IMG/VR virus record: IMGVR_UViG_3300010354_000092
Coordinates: 1 to 61,543 of that record
Source: a virus
Lineage: Duplodnaviria; Caudoviricetes
Reading direction: 5' to 3' (one strand)
Length of the DNA stretch: 61,543 bases
Positions 58,612-61,543 of the stretch are shown here, one piece after another. The translations under genes were made by a program, and so were the position numbers. Below the pieces are notes generated by a model. It did no database searches. It was not told the DNA's origin and saw only the letters and a list, made by a program, of their open reading frames with translations. Each line of letters opens with the position of its first letter. Position 1 is the stretch's first letter.

Positions 58612-59174
58612 AACCATTCTTTAACTTCTAGATTAACCGCGGTCTGTAGGCTGCGGTTCCATAGCTCTCTGCCATCGCTTTCAAATATTTCAGATGAAGC
58701 AGGAGCGGTTAACCATCTGTGCTGTGGCGTCCAAGGAGCCTGTCCGGACATTTCCCCTTCTAATTGTCCAGAACCCCAAGCACTAAGACCGCAGATAATT
58801 CTATATTGATCAGGGCCTTCATTTCTACTAATAGCTGCCAATATACTGATATCATTGGTCATTGATATATTATCAGTGATAGGTTGAGTGCTGTGACTAA
58901 ACCATTCTGAACTGTGTAATACAGCTACCTTACTTCTTTCCACAGGCCCGCCGATGTACAAGGGATCAGTAAAGTTTTTATGACGTTCTATGCCCACACT
59001 GTCTAAAAGATCGTTGAGCGTCATAGCATCGCCGTCAAATTTTTTATTCAGTATCAAACCCCAGGATCCATGATGAGCATGGCTGACCAGCAGTGTCACA
59101 GTTTCTGTGAAAAAACTGCTGACACATCGGGGCTGGGCTATTAACAATTTTCCAGTATAGTTTAGCTGTACCAT
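58608..59174 (-). CDS. YqgE/AlgH family protein (DUF179)
   Basis: GKLLIAQP, GSWGLILNK, YIGGPV, LHS and GLSAWGSGQLEGEM. Start moved to ATG 59174. Confidence 0.88.
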   Translation of the reverse strand: MVQLNYTGKLLIAQPRCVSSFFTETVTLLVSHAHHGSWGLILNKKFDGDAMTLNDLLDSVGIERHKNFTDPLYIGGPVERSKVAVLHSSEWFSHSTQPITDNISMTNDISILAAISRNEGPDQYRIICGLSAWGSGQLEGEMSGQAPWTPQHRWLTAPASSEIFESDGRELWNRSLQTAVNLEVKEWF

Positions 59175-59201
59175 ACACGTATTTACCGCATAAATACCCA
59201 T

Positions 59202-59915
59202 ATGACTAATAAGATTGTTCCTGTGGTACAGAATACAGCATTAAACCCTAAACTTTGGGAGCCTAGCGGTCAGTTACAGCCCAGAGTCAAAAAAGCTTTG
59301 ATGAAAATTGCTGAGAAGTTTGTTGAGTTCTTGGACTTTGAAATTGCTATCAAAGATCTGCAGATCACGGGCAGTCAGGCCAATTACAACTACACAGAAT
59401 TTTCAGATCTTGATTTACATATCATAGTTGACTACAGAGAAATAACCTGCGATCAACCTGTGGAAGATCTATTTGATACCAAACGAAAACTATGGGGCAA
59501 ACGTCATGATATAACCATACGAGGTATACCCGTAGAATTATATGTAGAAGATCTAGCCAAACCTGCTGTGAGCAGTGCTTATAGTTTGAAAACAGACCAC
59601 TGGGTCAAGCAACCCAAGCAGATAGAAAAAACCTGGGATCTCATGGATATTGAACAGGAAACTCTGCAATGGCTTAAAAAAATCCGAGATGCTGTCAGCA
59701 GTCAACGGATCAGTAAATTAGACAGAGTACAGGACCAACTCAGAGCTTATAGACAGCAGAGTCTAGATCAAGGCGGTGAATTTTCAGATGGAAATTTAGT
59801 ATATAAGAATCTTAGAAATTTAGGTGCCCTGGAAATACTAATGACTGCCAAGCTCAAACTAACAGACAACGAATTGAGCCTCAGAGAGGTTGACCCTAGA
59901 CAGCAAAGATCATAA
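59202..59915 (+). CDS. Pol-beta-superfamily nucleotidyltransferase
   Basis: ITGSQANYNYTEFSDLDLH (GS...DxD) and VELYVED. Confidence 0.75.
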   Translation: MTNKIVPVVQNTALNPKLWEPSGQLQPRVKKALMKIAEKFVEFLDFEIAIKDLQITGSQANYNYTEFSDLDLHIIVDYREITCDQPVEDLFDTKRKLWGKRHDITIRGIPVELYVEDLAKPAVSSAYSLKTDHWVKQPKQIEKTWDLMDIEQETLQWLKKIRDAVSSQRISKLDRVQDQLRAYRQQSLDQGGEFSDGNLVYKNLRNLGALEILMTAKLKLTDNELSLREVDPRQQRS

Positions 59916-59918
59916 ACT
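59890..59918 (+). promoter_or_regulatory. Sigma70-type promoter
   Basis: TTGACC-17-TAAACT, with ATG 6 nt downstream. Confidence 0.55.
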
Positions 59919-59924
59919 TAGTTT

Positions 59925-60629
59925 ATGAACAAAACACTGAGTATCGCCTGTATCGATACACTAAAATACGACCAAACACTGACTGCTGTAAAAAGCACCC
60001 TGGCCTGCACACCGGCCAGCAGAGTCTACTGGCTCAGCGATCGACCCTGTCCAGAAACACTGACTGTACCAGTGGATTGGATACGCATACAGCGATTTAA
60101 TCCTGAACTACACATTTATAATCACTGGTACAGCCACAGTTGTCTAAGAATCCTGCCCGCAGTGGTTAACACGGATTTCAACATAATCTGTCACTGGGAC
60201 GGATTTGCTGTCAATGCCGATGCTTGGACCGATGAATTCTACCACTATGATTACATAGGTGCACCTTGGCTATGGTGGCCCCAGAATGAAAACATAGGCA
60301 ACGGTGGTTTCAGTCTGCGCAGCCGTAGACTCTATGATGCACTGATAGATTGGCACCCTAGCTATCTAGTCAAAGATTGGCCCCAAATAGATCCTAGATT
60401 CCTTTATCAAGATCGTTCGGGTCACCAAACATTCTGTGAAGATAATCTCCTAGCAGGCCCTTATAGACAGCATCTAGAACAGCACTATGGCCTACGTTGG
60501 CCCTCCACGGAGCTAGCACACAGATTTTCAATAGAAGGCAGTGAGAGTTACTCAAGCCCCTGGTTCAAAAAGAGCCTGGGATTTCACGGCGTAGAAGCCG
60601 CAGAACATTATGGATATAAACTAAGATGA
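59925..60629 (+). CDS. DUF5672-like putative glycosyltransferase-fold protein
   Basis: WDGF...YDYIGAPW...GNGGFSLRS...ED...A.RFSIE...GFH. Confidence 0.75.
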   Translation: MNKTLSIACIDTLKYDQTLTAVKSTLACTPASRVYWLSDRPCPETLTVPVDWIRIQRFNPELHIYNHWYSHSCLRILPAVVNTDFNIICHWDGFAVNADAWTDEFYHYDYIGAPWLWWPQNENIGNGGFSLRSRRLYDALIDWHPSYLVKDWPQIDPRFLYQDRSGHQTFCEDNLLAGPYRQHLEQHYGLRWPSTELAHRFSIEGSESYSSPWFKKSLGFHGVEAAEHYGYKLR

Positions 60630-61144
60630 GATTACACCTAGACATGGATGGAGTAGTAGCCGACTGGCGGGCCTATGTAGCCCAAGTAATAGGCTATGAC
60701 CTACCCGATCCCAGAGCACACTATCCCGACCAAGATTGGCAGAAAATAAAGACACACGCTAGAATTTTTCGCGATCTACCCAAAACACCCCTAGCAGACG
60801 AATTAGTCTCAGTGGCTAGACAGTTTAGAGATCACTGGGGCTATGAATTGGTATTTCTCACTGCTATACCACATAACAACGATTTTCCTTGGACATTTCA
60901 TGACAAGTTTACCTGGGCTAAAAAACACTATCCAGACATACCTGTATGGTTCGGCCCTTACAGTCGTGACAAGCAACTACGCAGTAAACCGGGGTATATA
61001 CTAGTAGATGATCGCAAGGACAACTGTGCGAGTTGGCAGGCTCAAGGTGGCACTGCGGTATTAGTGCGTGAACCTTCAAATCTCACAGAAGCTATCCGTG
61101 AATTAAGAGAGCTCAAAGAGCGCGAAGCGCAAAAAATTGCCTAA
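60626..61144 (+). CDS. HAD-family 5'(3')-deoxyribonucleotidase
   Basis: LDMDGVVADW, FLTA, K..W and ILVDDR..N...W...GG. Confidence 0.85.
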   Translation: MRLHLDMDGVVADWRAYVAQVIGYDLPDPRAHYPDQDWQKIKTHARIFRDLPKTPLADELVSVARQFRDHWGYELVFLTAIPHNNDFPWTFHDKFTWAKKHYPDIPVWFGPYSRDKQLRSKPGYILVDDRKDNCASWQAQGGTAVLVREPSNLTEAIRELRELKEREAQKIA

Positions 61145-61152
61145 GAGAAATT

Positions 61153-61542
61153 TTAAGGATTATTATCTACGTTGATAATGTTTTGAGCAGCGGCAACAGC
61201 CTGAGCCTGTTCATCAGTAAGTGACACAGTGATAGGTGCCCAGGGTAATCTCACTGACAGTGTACCGCTGACTTCACTGAGTCTACGATCCACTTCAGCA
61301 AGTGTGTCCGCCAATGACTGCTCAGTGAATGAATTAGCTACCCAACCAAGAACATCTGATTCTGTTAACTGATCTCTGGGTATATAACCTTGACTGAGAT
61401 CGCCTATGGCAATGTCTGACTGTCCTAAGAGCATAGCACGATTAGCGCCGTCATCTGCCCATAGTTCCCACTGTGCTAGAGTGACTACGCCCGTGTAAGT
61501 GTCATGAGTTTGACTGTTAATAGCTATAATTTTCCAAGAGTA
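61153..61542 (-). CDS. Small phage protein, 5'-truncated by the window edge
   Basis: Frame stays open to the edge: YSWKIIAINSQTHDTYTGVVTLAQWELWADDG...YIPRDQLTESDVLGWV...LPW. Confidence 0.6.
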   Translation of the reverse strand, partial: YSWKIIAINSQTHDTYTGVVTLAQWELWADDGANRAMLLGQSDIAIGDLSQGYIPRDQLTESDVLGWVANSFTEQSLADTLAEVDRRLSEVSGTLSVRLPWAPITVSLTDEQAQAVAAAQNIINVDNNP

Positions 61543-61543
61543 A

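Noticed and set aside
1-61543. Stop-codon reassignment as in some large phages
   Set aside because: Core genes are full length under the standard bacterial code and coding density is high.

Overview
This window is a gene-dense, AT-rich segment of a large, probably jumbo, T4-superfamily myovirus genome. It has no tRNA, CRISPR array, integrase or transposase. It carries the head module (portal, prohead core, protease, scaffold, major capsid), tape measure and tail chaperone, a block of giant fibre/appendage genes, neck, sheath, tube and terminase genes, and a T4-like replication/recombination cluster (SSB, UvsX, UvsY, UvsW, primase, helicase). Accessory genes include rmlC, an NAD-dependent epimerase, a NUDIX hydrolase, an HNH protein, YqgE/AlgH, a nucleotidyltransferase and a 5'-nucleotidase. 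Main observations: (1) a 2340-aa virion-type protein with nine K-C-x-R-D-x-G motifs, eight of them in ~160-aa tandem repeats, matching the bilin-attachment site of phycobiliprotein subunits (one copy reads KCARDIGY); (2) an unannotated -1 programmed frameshift extending the gp26-like tail chaperone; (3) a 192-aa miniature C-family (DnaE-like) polymerase that keeps its catalytic motifs; (4) a systematic TAAATA-N5-ATG leaderless late-transcript architecture; (5) several structured non-coding leaders, including a hairpin-rich element with a 50-nt periodic GTGTGAC-N10-AGATGAT motif at the left edge; (6) a Ser/Thr-rich Gly-X-Y fibre close to nucleotide-sugar enzymes. All family calls come from motif recognition by eye; no database searches were run.
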